NCBI GenBank assembly: GCA_003990765.1 | Contig: RBNJ01000009.1 | Coordinates: 1 to 64,000, forward strand | Source of the DNA: Jimgerdemannia flammicorona | Lineage: Eukaryota | DNA length: 64,000 nt | Reading direction: 5' to 3' | Shown here: positions 35,135 through 50,147 of the stretch, piece after piece | Numbering within the stretch: position 1 is the first letter of the stretch | How the letters are laid out: every line of letters begins with the position of its first letter | The notes under the pieces: model-generated | Told to the model about the DNA's origin: nothing | Seen by the model: only the letters and a program-made list of their open reading frames with translations | The model's database searches: none | Made by a program: the position numbers and the translations under genes

Positions 35135-38100
35135 CAACTCCTTTCTCCAGTAATATTCAGGTTACACAACCTTTTGGCAACACTCATAACACAGTTTTTA
35201 GAGAGAAGAGTCTAGTAACATAGTGACCAATATATGTTCTGAGGTGTGTATTAGGCAGGGTGGCCCTAGCATGTTCGACTGGCAGTATGTGGAGAGGGGC
35301 CCTGGCTTGGGGGAGAGTATGAGAGGTCTGCTGACAGGAGGATGTAAATAGGGAGGGAGCAGAGTCAGAGGGCAGGGGACAGGGAGGGTAAGTTTTATAG
35401 ATGTGATGAAGGGAGGACAGCTATTGTCTGGGCTGAAGGGCTGGCTGAGGAAGGATAAGAAGATGGTAAAGATGACTGGGCATGAGGGAGTCGCCCTTGG
35501 CATTAGAGGCAGTAGAGCTTGGAGTATAGTGACTGAGATGAGTATAATGGCTGATGATGATGAGACTGCTAATCTGGAAAAAAATCCAGATGTGACTGCT
35601 GATGGTAGGACTGAGAGGATGGGGCTTGGATGGATGGAGAATCTGGCAGATGGTGTAATAGGTCTGGCAGTGGCCCTGTTACTCAAGAAGTCAATCTTGG
35701 AGTTCACAGTTACTTTGTACTTTAAGGGCTTGGTAGTGATGGCAAAAATAATACTGGGGCTAATTGTAAAGCAGATGGCTGGAGCTGTATCTATGAAGTT
35801 CCTGAAGAGATTGGAAGAAGTGGAGGTTGGCTTTAAGGAGGCTAAGTTATTAGAGGAAGCACTGAAGACTGGGCTGACTGTTGGAGAGGTGTGTGTTCTG
35901 ATAGCATATTGCTTGAGGTGGGACCCCAGGGTGGTATAGTTACTGATGAAAGGGGTGCCTATGATGACTACTGAGGAGATGAGGAGGAGAGTCAAGGAAG
36001 TCATGGCCAAATATAGAGAGGTGGTTGATGTTAGGTTCTGGGTCTGAGAGGGGACCTCATTCTGGACTGGGGATATTGATATTAGGATTCAGTTGGCAGA
36101 GAAGAAAGCTACTGAGAAGGCTAGAGACTGGCCTTCAGTGATGATTTGGGGGGCCTTCTTGTACAAGGTGATGAGGGTGAAGGAGAATGAGGAGAAGGAA
36201 GAGGATTTGTTAGAGGTATTGAAGGAGCTAAGTAGTGCTGTGAAGTGGAGAGCAAAGGCTTGGAAGGCATATATTGAGTTGATACATTTGGAAGTGGTGA
36301 ATGGAAAGAGGATTCCTGTGGATAAGGGGCTGTGGGAAAGGTTCCAAAGATGCAAGAGACAGAGAGAACTGTTGGTGAACCTAGAGAGTAGGGCAAAGAA
36401 GAATACTGGTGGTATTGAAATTATGGTGGGAGCTAAGGAGAGTATCTGGGCTGATGAAGATGGAGAGAATGCAGAGAAGGGGCCAGAAGTGAACAAGGAG
36501 GTGACTGGGTATGACTCTTATACAGATGGTACTTTTGAGGTCTGGAAAGACTTCTTAACCCCTATGTCTCTTATTAGGTATGGTCCAGCTTCAAGGGGTA
36601 GGGTGGCAGAGGATGTATCTATGTGGGGAGCCAGCAAGTATATTTTGGAGTTCCTGAGGTAGTGAAGGGGGGGCAGATAGTGGTAGCTGGTGAGGATGAA
36701 CTGATGGATGTCTAAGAGGAAGAGTGGGATGAGGCTGTGAGCATAGGAGCTGATATCTCAATACTGGATAGAGAGAGACCAGCAACTTCTGGAGGGAAGG
36801 AGGTGGGAAACCTTCTATGGATATGCAAGATGATGAACAACTTTGCAGTGGAGGAGCTGGGGAAGGTGGACCTGCAAGTAATGAGTGAAGAGCATTGGGT
36901 GCAGATTCTGCAGGGCAAGAGAGTGGTGGAGGCACTGAAGGTGGAGATTCTTGCAGTTTTTCTAGAGGAGAAAGAGTATGAGGTTGATAAGGAGAGAGAG
37001 GCTGAGCTGGCAGTTGCTGCTAGTGAGTAGGCTGCTTTCTGTTGGGTAGAGTGGCATGGGTTGCAGCTCTAGCAGGAGGTCTACCTGGAATATTATAAGG
37101 ATTTTGAGGAGAAGAAGGATGGAGAGCTTGCAGAACTTCTGGTTGGATTAGAGGCTAAGAGGCCTGAAGAGGAGGAGGTGGCTGCTGACCACAATCTAGA
37201 CTTAGCTCAGGAGGAGATGAATATGGAGCAGTAGAGAATATATCTATTATTTCACATTATTTCTTATGAATAGTACAACCAACATTTTTTCTCTAAATAT
37301 AAATGAGTTATGGGGTTTGTTTTGATAATGGAACATTTTTCCTTAGCTAAAGGGTTTGGAGGCTGATCTCTTTCTTTTGCAGGATGTCAGATGTGAGGAT
37401 GATTTGGATAAACTGGAATAGATAACCAAATGGGAAGGGGAGGTAGTTTGGAAGGGCAAGGTTGGGATTCTGGTTCAGAGGGGCAGAGGGGAGGTATGAG
37501 ATATGTGGAACTAGAGAGACAGGCTGGTTTGGGGAGAGTGGATATTTACTGGGTGAGAGCCAGTTATAGTGAGATCCTGCTACTGTTCTGCTATGTGAGA
37601 TGAACATATAGAGTGGGTGAAGGGTCTCCAGGAGGGAGGGGCCCTGGCAGAGGCTGGAGTGGATGTGCTTGGCAGGGACTTTAATATGGTCAGAGATGTA
37701 CTGTTGGATAGAACTGATGGAGGGCAGGGGGCAGAGGGTAGGAGTAGAGGTCTGGAGGAGTGAGAGGAGGTGGAGCAGCTGAGTGCTTTGTTGGATGCTG
37801 GTAGGGGGTTTTGGGGTTACAGGAGGGTATATATATATTGAGTAAGTGGCTTGGAGATAAGGATTGACTGGATTTTGACAGTAAACTACTGGGGCCTGGT
37901 TGTTTAAAGGTCACTGGAGACTGAATGGTGTCCATGGTCTGATCATTGGAAATTGCTGAGACAGGACCATTTTGGGGAGAGTGGAGATGGACAGAGACAT
38001 TGGTACCTCAACTTCTCTTTGTTAGACAATAAGGTGCTGTAGGATAGGTAGGCTGAGGATATTTAACAGAGAGTGGAGGGGTGGATACAAAAATGTGCCC

Positions 38101-40997
38101 CTGTTGGAGTTAGGTGAATGAGGTTGAAGGAGGCTGCTAGGGTCTATTGGAGGAAAGCTGGCAAGGTGGCTGGTAGACTGAGAAGAAAGAGGATATTGTG
38201 GGCTTCTGCTAGACTGATGAGGCTGTTGGAAGATTGGACAGATCTGTTGGCCCTAGAGAGGGTGGAGGACTGGAGATTGTTATAGGTAAAAAAGGAGGTT
38301 GTTGAGTTGCAACAGGTATTGCAGGAGGAGGAGGAAGTGCAGGTGCAGAGTTTGGCAGCAAGACTATGTTGGCAGGGGCTGGAGAAAGGGAAGAGGCCCT
38401 CTAAGTTTCTCATGAGGGCCCTTTAGATGAGGAGAGTTCAGTAGAGGTGGGAGGGGGTGCTTGATTCTGAGGGACTATTGGTGCATGGTATACAAGACAT
38501 TCTCAGGTCATTGAAGAAGAGGTGGAGTGGTTTGTAGAGTAAGGAGGAGGGTGGGGCTGATGCTACCACCATTGATCTTGCCTTGGAGGATTGGTACTCA
38601 CTACAGGCAGAAGGACTAAGTGACTTGGTGTTGTTGGTGCAGGAGGAGAAGATTTACCAGATTCATGCCACAACTATACTGGGTACAGCACCAGAGGTAG
38701 ATGGTCTGCCCTGAGATTTCTGGAAGAAGATAGTGGGTGTCCCCAGTATACTGGAAGAGTTGAGGGCAATTTGTGACTTAGTACTACAGTCTGGGAGATG
38801 GGTAGGTGAGCAGGATCTGGGGCTGGTGGTACTGTTGTATAAGAACATGGGCAGGAGAGAGGACTGGAAGAACTGGAGGCTGATCATGCTACTGGACATA
38901 GACAGAAAGTTGTTTACTAAGGTGGTGGTAGTGAGGCTGCAGAAGATGGCCCAACAGGTCTTAGGGGAGGAGCAGTGGGGCTTTGTTGGGGGCTGGCTCA
39001 TTCAGGATGGCACTACTTGGGTATACAGCATTATTGAAGGGGCACAAGCCTGTGGACTGGATGGATATCTGGTTTTCTTAGATCAGGAAAAGGCATATGA
39101 CCATGTTCAGAGGATTTGGATGGCAAAGGTACTTGATCAGATTGGCATCTCTCAACAGTTCTGAGTGGTAATGATCAGCCTACTGGAAGGGAGCAGAGCT
39201 GTACTCATGTGTAATAGGCATTGAGGGATGGCTTTTCTGCTGGGTAGAAGTATTCTTCAGGGAGACCCACTGTCCCTCATTCTGTATGTACTCTCCTTGG
39301 AGCCTTTAATGGATAGAATTTGGTGAAGGATAGGAGGGATTTCAGTATTTAGCATTGAGTGGAACGTTGGTATCTTTGTGGATGATATGATAGTTGGCCT
39401 GGGTTCAATTGTTGATATAGAGGTACTCAAGGAGACTATGGAGTGATATGAGGTACACTCTGGGACTAAACTCAATTAGCACAAGTGTAAAACAATGATG
39501 CTAGGTAATGGCCTAGTGGGGAGAGATGTCATCAGAACAATTGTCCCAGCTAGGGAGGCAGTGAGGTACTTGGGCATCTATCTTCCAGTATATGGGTCAG
39601 TTTTACTAAAACTCTGATGGGAGCAGCAGGTTGTTATCTGGGGAGAGGCCCTATAGAGTTAGGGAGACTGCCACTTGTCTCTGGTGGGGCATGTTTCCAT
39701 CTTGAATGTTTACTGGCTGCCAAAGTTGTGATATTTGGCTTATCAACTGAACTTCCCAGCCTAGATGATGAAGAGACTGCTGAAACTGGCCAAGGGGTGG
39801 ATTTGGACTGAGAGGAGGAGTCAGATTAGCTGGGAAATCTTATCTTTACCAGTGACTAGAGGGGGACTTGGGCTGGTTGACTTTCTGAAGAGGTTGTATT
39901 ACTTGAGAGCATGGTGGCTGAAGAGAGCTATAGAGCTGAGGGGCAGCAGCTGAGTTCCTCTGATGAAGAAGGTCCAGGAGATGACGTTCTCACCAAGAGG
40001 CTCTACTGGAGATCTACTGGCCTTAGTTGGGCTTCAGAACATTGGATATATGCAGTTTAAGAGCTTCTGGTGGAGAGTTACAGATGGGGTACATCACATT
40101 GACATCTGTTGGCAGAGAGATAAGGGAGAGATACCTTGAGGCCCAACAATGTGGAGATGGGACCAAGTGTTACTGGGGGACATTCTTCTCAGTGACTTCA
40201 ATATTGGTGATGGGGTTGAGTATCAGAGGGGATTGGGGCAGGATCTGTGGCTCAGCAGATAATAGTTAGTGGGTATCAGAGAAGAGTAAGACTAGAATAG
40301 GGTCTGGGCCTGGAGTGATAGCTGCTACTGAAGTATTAAGTAGTATGATAGTATATATTGAGGAGGAATGTTATGCTCAACTTCCACTTGGGCCACCTTG
40401 TGGAAGAGAGAAACTTTGACTGTAAGAAGTGCTATAATGTTAGACAGGAAGGAGGTTTTGTGCAGATTGGCTAGGGGAGTATAAGGTACTTAGTGACTTC
40501 TGGATAGTAGTTGAGAAGCTACTGGGTATCATGCAGAGGAGAGATGGTATGAGAGGTCAGTGGGAGGATTTGAAGGATAGATTGATGAGAGGAGTTGAGA
40601 AGGAGTGGCTTATTTTAGGTTGGGTTCTAGCTGTATGGGTGGAGTTGGCAGGTCACTGGTTGTTTGTTTTTGAGGAAGAGAAATGTCTGGGCTTGAGAGT
40701 ATAACTGCTGCAATGAGAAGGGTTGATGGTGGACACTCTGATGGGCTGGTGGCTTGGTTGGGATCTGCAGAGTGATCAGTAGTATCAGTTGGTTGAGAGA
40801 ATCTATAGACAGAGTGGAGAGAGGGTTGGAGTAGTGGGGAATAGGGTGATTTTTAAGTATGAAGGAGTAAGGAGGAGGAGTTCCCCTATGGAGATTGTGT
40901 AGTGGGAGGAGATAATGTAATTTTATATATAGACTGATAATAAATAGCAGAGTCTTAGTAACTATAAAAAAAAACAAAAAACAAAAAACAAAAAAGA
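35135..40997 (+). mobile_element. Full-length L1/Tx1-like LINE (copy B); ORF1 ~35219-37234, ORF2 from ATG 37266
   Basis: MNSTTNIFSLN start, DQEKAYD, QGDPLS, FVDD, A-rich tail 40966-40995. 13-bp TSD AGTTAAGAAGAGT at 35122-35134 and 40998-41010. Confidence 0.95.
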
Positions 40998-41202
40998 AGT
41001 TAAGAAGAGTTATAAAAATCCACCGCATTTCTCTAGTTATGCATCCACTATATTAGAATAAATAATATCTGATATTTTACTAATTTAAATAATTAGTTAT
41101 ATAATCTATAATCTATAAAATAAATAACTAGATATTATTACCTTAGAGTATATAGACTTTAATTTGAACTGAATAAATTAATATAAACATTGATTTAAAT
41201 TT

Positions 41203-41203
<1 letters not shown>

Positions 41204-41249
<46 letters not shown>

Positions 41250-44200
41250 GTCACTTGAACATCCTTTATTACTAAGTAATATATAGAGAGAAATATAATG
41301 CAATATACTATCCAACCCTGCTCACTACCCAATCTCCCTAGGAGGAACTTCCCCAATCCTTACTTATTTGAATACTACTCATCCTACAATTACCTCCATC
41401 TGACCCCTACTCTGCTGGTAGACCCTATTAATGAGCCAGTAATGGCAGCTACCCTAAGATCCCCAGCCCACCCACCAGTCAGTTAAGATATCCTCCATCA
41501 ACCTATCTCATCTCAATAATCTCTCAGCAAGACTCAACTACTACCTTTCCTCAAATATAAATAGCCAATGCTCAGCTAGCTCTATCTAAATTATTAAGGT
41601 CTAGCTATATATAAGTCACTCATTCTCCACTCCTCCTATAAGCTATATCTTCAAGTCCTCCCAACAGCCCCCCACCACCTCTCTCCTCCTCTGAACCCTC
41701 AGACACTCTTCTATAGTAATCCAAAAATATCCCAGCACCTCACACTCCCCTAGCCAATGTTCTGGCATCTGTACAAAATCTTCTTCCTGCTCTACATTAA
41801 GATAAACCTTACACTCAAACTTCCCACCCTCAATTAAATATCTTGAGCAGAAGTTCAGCATGATATTCCTCACCACTATACTACTTATAACTTAAGGGGA
41901 AGCCACCACTTGACTATAGCACTCCAGGACCAAACTTTAGTCCAGTCTCACTCTTTACCTATGCCAACACTCTGCCAACCCACTGGCCACATATTCAGCC
42001 ACATCTCCCACTGACATCCAACTCATTCTCAATATCAAATTTAATAAGAGAAGAGCCCCCAAGCAGGAGTCTATCTTAATGCCACATTATAGCCTCCAAA
42101 GTATCTTTCTCTCATCACCTTACTACTATAGTCCAATGTGATGTACCCCTATAGCAATCCTCCATCAGAATCCTCTGAAGTGCAATCTCCCACTGCTCTG
42201 CAGGCCTACCAATGATAGAAGATCTCCTATAGAGCCCCTCAGAGAAACCCTCATCTCCTATATCTTCTGCATCAAAGAGACCCAGCTATCTCCTTATAGT
42301 TCTACAGCTCTCCTCAATCACCAGGCCCTCAAACAATGAAGCTTCTTCAGAAAATCCACTAAATCAAGACCCTCTCAATTCACTGGAAGTGTCAGGGTAC
42401 TCCAGTCGATCTGACTTCAATGCTCTACCCAGATCCAATCCTTAGCTATCTTCAATAGCCACCACACCACTCAAGGAGGAAAATCTGAGTAGTAGGCCAA
42501 GCATCATATCTTCAGCAGCCAGTAGATATTCAGAATAGACACTCTATTAGCCAGAGAGATGTAGTGCCCTCTTTAGTCCCAAAACACCTCACTCTAACTT
42601 GAGACCTTGCTCTCCTATCAGGCTCTGGTCAGAACAGATCCATATCCCCTCTCTACCATTCTATTCCCTAGCACCATTGTCTCACACTTATATCAATTAA
42701 ACTATACTCCAGAATATATCTCATACTACTCTATCATCTCCTTCAAGACCTCTATATCTATTACAGAGCTAAGTCTCACTACCATATTATCTGCAAAGAC
42801 TCCCATCTTCTAAATAACTCTGAACACTGATAACTCTACCACTCTCTGCTATATCCTATCAATAAGAAGCTCTAAAGAGAGAGTATAAAAGATAAGTAAT
42901 AGTAGATCTTCTTGAGGAATTCCTCTTCCTAGAGTGAAGGTCACTTCTCTATATCTATTGTACAAAATTGCTACCTTGCTACCTTTCAGTAGACTGACTA
43001 TTGAAATCCAGAATTGTCATAGGACCTTAATACTGTCTAACACTCTACCCAGCCAGACATACCTCACCTGATCATAGGCTTTTTCCTGATCCAAAAAGAC
43101 TAGTCTCCCATCCAGTCTACTTATCCTTATCTCCTCAATGATACCATGTACTCATACAGTATCATCATGAATGAGTCAGCCCCCAACAAAGTCATGCTGC
43201 TCTTCATCCAGTACCTGTTAGACCATATACTATAATTGTACCATGATCACCTTGATAACCAACTTTCTATCTATATCCAGGAGTATGATTGGCTGCCAAT
43301 TCTTCTAATCTTCTCTATTGTCCTTGTTTTTATAAGTAAGATTACCAAGCCAAGATCCTGCTTGCCAACCCACCTTCCTGTTAACAGAACATAATTACAC
43401 AATACTACCATTTTGCTAAATATACTAGAGATCCCTACCATTCATTTCCAGAAATCCCAAGAGAGTCCACTTTCACCAAGAGTTATATCAGACTTAGTAG
43501 TAGAGATGATCTGCTGAATCTCCCCCTCCTGAACTGACTAAGATAGCTACTCAATACCATCTACTAGAGGTGGGTTCCAGTCCTCCAGAGCATGCTCAAT
43601 GTCTACAGCATCAGCACTCTCATCCTCCTCACTTCATAAATCACTCCATCATTCTTTGAGAGAGCTAAGGATCTGCTGTATGCCATAAACAAGTACACTC
43701 TCTGAATCAATCATGCCATCCCATCTCTGCTTTGTCTGCCTGGCCTGAATCAGCCTAGAAAGGTATCTAGAGGGCCTCTCTTCCTTCTCCATCTCCTGTC
43801 ACTATAACTGAGCAATCATTCCCTTTATACACATCTCCTCCTCCTCTCTCAAAACAGTTTGCAGCTCCACCACCTCCAATTTAACATATACTAACCTCTA
43901 ATCATCAATTGTCTCTAAGCTCAGCAACTTGGCCCAAGTACCCTGCAGCTGGATAAGCCTGCTGGAGGCCCACCACACTCTCTCCCTCCTCTAGCTTCCT
44001 GCAGTCCAACCAGCCTCCTTCCAGTAAACCCTTGCCTTCTTCTTTAATTGCCCTCAATGAGCTTCTATAGGGAGGCTCTCACTAATCTAACTACTAATCA
44101 TCTACTAAATATCTACAGCTCACCTGTCCCATAGCTCTCTCTCTGATAGCAGAGAGGAGTTGAGGCACTAATATTCTGGTCCATCCCTACTCTCTCCAAA

Positions 44201-46990
44201 ATAACCCTGTCCCAATAATCTCCAATAATCAGACTATAGATACTATATAGCCTCTAGTAACTTCCAAATACTCAAACCCCAGTAGTCCACTATCAGCACT
44301 CAGTCAATCCTAGTTCCCAGTCTATTCATCCAGTATATATAGACCCTCTTATCTCCCCAGATCACCCTATCAGTATCTATCAGGGAGCTCAGCCTTTTCA
44401 CATTCTCTCATATCTCCAGACCTCTACTCTTATATCCTGCTCTCCACCCTCTATCAGTTCTATCTATTAGCACATCCTGGACTATATTGAAGTCCTCACT
44501 AAGAACATTCACTCCAGTCTCAGCAAGAGCCCCACTCTCCCAAAGTCCCCTCACCCACTCTACCTACTCATTCTATACAGTAAGGCAGTAGCATATACTA
44601 ACTGTTACAGGTTCCCAATCAGATCAAACCCACTCTTCCCAAACTAGCTGATCACTCCAGCTTCTCATATCTTGGATCTCCCCTTTGCCACTCCTGACCA
44701 AAATCCCAACCTTATCTTTCCAAACAGCTTTACCTCTCTATTTCTTCATCCAATCCAGCCTATCCAAATCCTCTTCATATCTAATATCTTATAAAAGAAA
44801 GAGATTAGCTTCCAATCTCTTCAGCCAAGTAAAAATGTTCTGATGTCAAACTGAACCCCATAGTCCATTTATATTTAAAGAAAAAATATTAGTTATACTG
44901 TTCAAAAGAAATAATATTAAATATCCAGTATATCTTCTATAGCTCCACATTTATCTCCTCCTGTATCAAGTCTAAGTTATGCTCAACAGCTACCTCCTCC
45001 TCTTTAATCCTTTTAGCTTCTAGTTCAATCAGTAGTTTAGCAAGTTCCCTATCCTTCTTTTCTTTGAAGTCTTCATAATACTCCAAGCAGATCTCCTGCT
45101 AGAGCTGTAATCCATATCTCTCTACCCACCAGAGGGCAGCTTGCTCACTAGTAGTAACTGCCAGCTCTACCTCTCTTGTCTTATTAATCTCATATCCTTT
45201 CTCTTTCAAGAAAACTGCAAGCACCTTTACTTTCAGAGCCTCTATCACTCTATATTCATGTAAGATTTACACCTACTGATCATCACTAAGTATCCTCAGG
45301 TCCACTTCTCCCAACTCCTCAGCTGCTAAGTTATTCATCATCCAATATATTCATTAGAGATTGCCTACCTTCTTTTTATCTAGAGTTGCCAGTCTCTCCT
45401 TCTCTAGTATTAAGATATCAGCTCCTGTACTTGTGGTCTCATCCCACTCCTCCTCAGAGATATCTACTAGTTTAACCTTATTAGCCACCACTACCTGTCT
45501 CCCTTTCACTACCTCAGAAACTCTGAAGTATACTTGCTGGACCCCACACATAGGTATATCCTCTACCACCTGGCTCCTTGAGACTAGACCCCATCTGATA
45601 AGAGGAGAAGTATCCTTCCAGACATTGAATATATTATCTATATACAGATTATTGCTAGATATATCCCTGGCTACTTCTGGACCCTTCTCTACATTTCCTC
45701 TATCTTTGCTGGTCTAGACACTTGCTTTGGCTCTCCCAATATTCTCAATTCTACTAGCATTTCTCTTTACCTTTCTCTCCAGATTTACCAGTAACTCTCT
45801 CTGCCTCTTGCATCCTTGAGACCTCTCCCACAGTCCCTTATTAATATAAACCCACTTTCTATCTACTATCTCCAAATACATTAACTCTATATATACTTTC
45901 TAAGTCTTTATCCTCCTCTCTACTATACTACTCAGCTCCTTTAATACATATTTCTAACAAATCCTCCACCTTCTCCTCCTCACTCTTCTTTACCCTCATC
46001 ACCTTGTACATAAAGGCCTCTTACACAATTACTGATGGTCAATCGCAAGTCTTCTCTGTGGCCTCTCTCTCAGCTAATCAAATCCAGATATCAATATTCC
46101 CTATTCTGAATAAGATCTCTTCTCAGACCTAAAACCCAATATTGACTACCTCTCTATACTTAACTATAACTTCTTCAACTCTCTTTCTCATTTCTATAGT
46201 AGTTACTACATATGAGTACTTCTTTCACTAGCAGTTACACTACTCTGGGGTCTCATCTCAAACAATATGTCATCAGAACACATATCTCTCCAACAGTCAG
46301 CTCAGCCTTCAGCATATCCTTCAATAGCTCAACTTTCTCAAAGCCCACCTTCACTCCTTTTAAATTCTTTAGAAACTTTATAGATACTGTACCCTCTATC
46401 TACTTAGCAATTAGCCCTAAGACCATTTTTGCTATCACCACTAAGCTCCAGAAGCACAAAGTAACTACAAACTCTGAGATCAACTTCTTGAGTAATAGGG
46501 CCACCACTAAGCTCATTACACTATCTGTCAGATCTTCTATCTACCTGGGCCCCATCTTTCCAGCTCTACCATCAGCAGTCATATCTGGATTTTTTTCCAG
46601 ATTGCTAGTTACTGCTCCATCAGTAGTCATACCCCTAGTCACTACACCACTAGCCCTTTTACTTGATATTCTCAAGAGAGCCCCTCTCAGCCCTCCAGCA
46701 GTAGCCCTCTCCTTGCCACCCTGTAGCCATCCATTCAGTTTAGCTACCAGATCCCTCTACTTAACCTTCTTAGCAAAGCTCTTCCACTTCTTCTCTAACT
46801 GTGCTATACCTCCTTCTCAATTGCTACCAACTCTCCTTCCTCCTGACAAGATGTTTGGCATCCCAACTCTGCTCTCTGATCCCTCTCCACATACTGTCAG
46901 CTAAATATACTAGGGCCACTCTGCCTAGTACATTCCATAGAACTCTAATTCAAGAACATATTCTTAAGATATTTCTCTAAAAAATAGTGT
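41204..46990 (-). mobile_element. Near full-length L1/Tx1-like LINE (copy C, divergent subfamily)
   Basis: T run 41204-41247. DQEKAYD at ~43071-43091, FADN at ~42786-42798. ORF2 start region ~44904, ORF1 homology 44940-46940. The 5' boundary is approximate. Confidence 0.9.
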
Positions 46991-47039
46991 AAAAGTAGAT
47001 AATATATGTTTGCATAATATGAGATATATCAGAAAGAGA

Positions 47040-49481
47040 TAGTGTGACTAATAATACTATCTAGAAGATATTAAGTTTGATATCATTACTGACCATCAAT
47101 TACTCAAGTATATTAATACTCAATCTACCCTATTATATCTATAAGTGAAATAGAGCCTAAAGCTTCAAAATTTTAATCTGATGATCATCTATAAGTCTTG
47201 CAAAATACTTATAGTACCAGATGTCTTATTCAGATATCCAGACCTTACCACAATTATACAAGTTACCTTGGTATCAGAATTCCTAGACCAAATTAAACAA
47301 GCTTATAAAGAAGACACTATTGTTACTAGAGTTTTTTTGAATGAGCTTAAGGTTATATATATTATTATCAAAGACAACCTAATCTTCCATTAAGACAAAA
47401 TCTATCAACTTGATAATATAAATCTATATTATAAGATTCTACAAGAACACTATGACTCTCTACTCACTGATCATCTTAGAATTGAGAAAACTATCAAAAA
47501 CATTCAGTATTACTACTATTGATTAAGTATGGTCAAGGAAATCAAGAACTATATTACTAGCTATAATATCTGTTAGTATAACAAGCCTACCAATCAAGTA
47601 CTAGCTGGTTTACTATAACTACTACTAATTCTCATTAAGAAATTTAAACAAGTTATAATAGATTTTATAACTCAACTACTATGAATCTAATCTGATACTG
47701 ATGCTATCATCATATTTATTGACTGCCTGACCAAAACTATAGTTGCTGAACCTACTATTACTAATATCACTATATCTGAGATTATAAGAATCTTCTTCAA
47801 GTCCATCTTTTATCACTATAGCCTACTATAAGTAATTGTCAGTAACTATAATCTCAAGTTTACTAGTTATTTCTGGCAAACTCTCTTCAAAACTCTAGAA
47901 ATCCAATTGGCTATATTTATTGTCTTTTACTTACAAATTGATGAAAAAACTGAGCACATAAACAGAATCTTAGAATAAATACTCAGAAACTATATTTCTT
48001 ATAAGTAAGATAATTGAGATTATTATATAACTTATGTAGAATTTATATATAACAATACTGTCTAATTATCTACTGACCTTTTCTCCTTTCAGTCAAGATT
48101 CTGAGACCTCTATAAGTCTAGTTTCTTTTAAGAAAAATAGTTAAATTTAAGTTTTTACTACTAAGAACCTTATAAATAAAATAGATAAACTACTCAAGAT
48201 CACTATTATGAATCTTCAGAAAGCCTAACAATACTAAGCCAAGTATATTGATAAGAAATATGTAATGTCCAATATATTATTAGAGATCAAGTTCTACTAT
48301 CTATCAAGAATTTCAAGATATATATAATCTCAAGTCAACTACTCTTCAAACAAATTTCAGTCTAAGTATATTAAACTCTTTAAGATTATCAAATAAGTCT
48401 CTATATTCTTCTATCATCTTAAGCTACTTGAAACTATGAAGATACACTCAGTCTTTTATATATTATGTCTTAAGATCTAGAACCAGTCATTACTTTACTT
48501 TGATTAAATTCCCAAGTCATCTGCTTCTGTGATTATTGGAGATCATATCAAGTACAAAATTGAGAAAATTCTTAATAAATAAATTTACTATTATTATTCT
48601 GAATATCTGGCCAAGTAGATGGGCTACTCTAAATATAATACTATCTGAAAACCATTAGTTAATCTCAAGAACTCCCAAGACCTAGTCCAAGACTTTAAGG
48701 CAAAATATATTATCAAATCTCTATAGTGACTTTCTTGAATTATTGATAATCTATAGCAATTATTAGTGTCTTATATATTAAAAGTTTACTTTGGAACTCT
48801 AGAACTAGCAGAATATCTAGTAAATAAGAAGTATACTAAAATGAAACTACTAGTTGAATTTAAACCTCTCTCAAATAGTTAGTCTAATAATAGACCCTCT
48901 ATCCTATACAAGGATGGCCAGTCTCTACTAATATACTAATATAAGTTTGAGAAATTTTGATTAACTATATTTAGTTTATATAATTTAAAAACTCAATAAG
49001 GATATTAGTTCTTAAGGAGAGAGGAGTGTAATAATTGCATAGTTATATTTTAGTCTTAGTACTTTTTCACATCTTTTACTAGTTTTTTCTTAACTTTTTT
49101 TAAATATTTTACTATATTTCAGTATCTTTCAATTACCTAGAAATCTTCTCTTAGTATTATTATACTACTAGAACATTTTTGTCTTTTCTCAGTACTAAGT
49201 ATCTTGTTATAGAACCTTTTAGAACATTATAGAATTCTATTAGTCATCTTTATCAAGAATCTATTTCTTTATCTTTCTCTTCTTTTCTAAAGATCCTTCT
49301 AGATTTTTCTTTCAGATCTTATATAAATATCCTTATTTTCTACTTAAATAAAGCTCATAATATTTTCTTCCAGAATTTCTTTAAGAATACTTGAACCTAT
49401 AAGTATCTCTTCAAGCTACTTTAGATCTACTAGAATTACCAGACTTAGTCACTTTCTCTTAAAGAAACTAGAACTATTATA
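47040..49481 (+). mobile_element. Chromovirus-type Gypsy remnant (RNase H end, integrase, chromodomain, PPT, 3' LTR from 49027)
   Basis: FDIITDHQ, HYD..DH...EKT...EIKNYITSYNIC, chromodomain-like YKIEKIL...EYLAK*MGY (~48550-48700), PPT AAGGAGAGAGGAG followed by TGT. LTR end approximate. Confidence 0.8.
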
Positions 49482-50147
49482 CTGAGTTTTTTTGTATCTT
49501 GAGTCTAAACTTTTTAGTGATCTTTTTATCAAAATAGTACTTGCTTACTCTACTATTGATAAGGAATTCAACAAGATTTTCTTCAATTTTCCCTTATAAG
49601 TAGATATATTCAGAATTGTCTTCTTATCAGATAGCAATTATTTCTAAGGAGACTTCTTCTCAATCTTATATATCTCTATTTTTATTATTAATATTCTTAA
49701 TTTCTTTATCTCATTATTCTGGAATGATTGGCTTATAATTTTTGAATTTGAAAACATATATGTATAATATATTCTTCTAAATATTTAAAATAGTATATCT
49801 TAACTTGATGAGGATATTATCTTACTGGAATATATCTATTAATAATATACTAATACTATTTCTAGTCTCAGTCTTGAGATTTTTTAATGTAAATAATATT
49901 CTATATCTTGATCTTCTCCTTAGCCTTATCAGGATACTTTTCTATTGATCTGAAAGTTTTTCCTCCTCTATTGAAGAGTGATATATAGTTTATTTGTTTC
50001 TTTAACTTCAAGGTTATTATATATTACCTCAATGATAGCTTAGGTAATTCATTTTTTACATATAATTTTAACTACTTTCTATCTAGTATTGTATAGCAGA
50101 ATCTTAATTTTATCTTTAAATTCTTAGTCTATAACTCCTCTCGCTAT

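Larger units (their letters stand above)
33663..41057 (+). mobile_element. Internally deleted (TRIM-like) LTR element related to the dUTPase Gypsy family; 3' LTR interrupted by LINE copy B
   Basis: 5' LTR ~33663-34116. Leader CTCACTTTCAAACTAAATAA resembles 58997-59016. Internal part ~610 bp, PPT AGGAGGAAG, 3' LTR 34729-35134 + 41011-41057. Flanks ATAG / ATAA. Confidence 0.7.
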
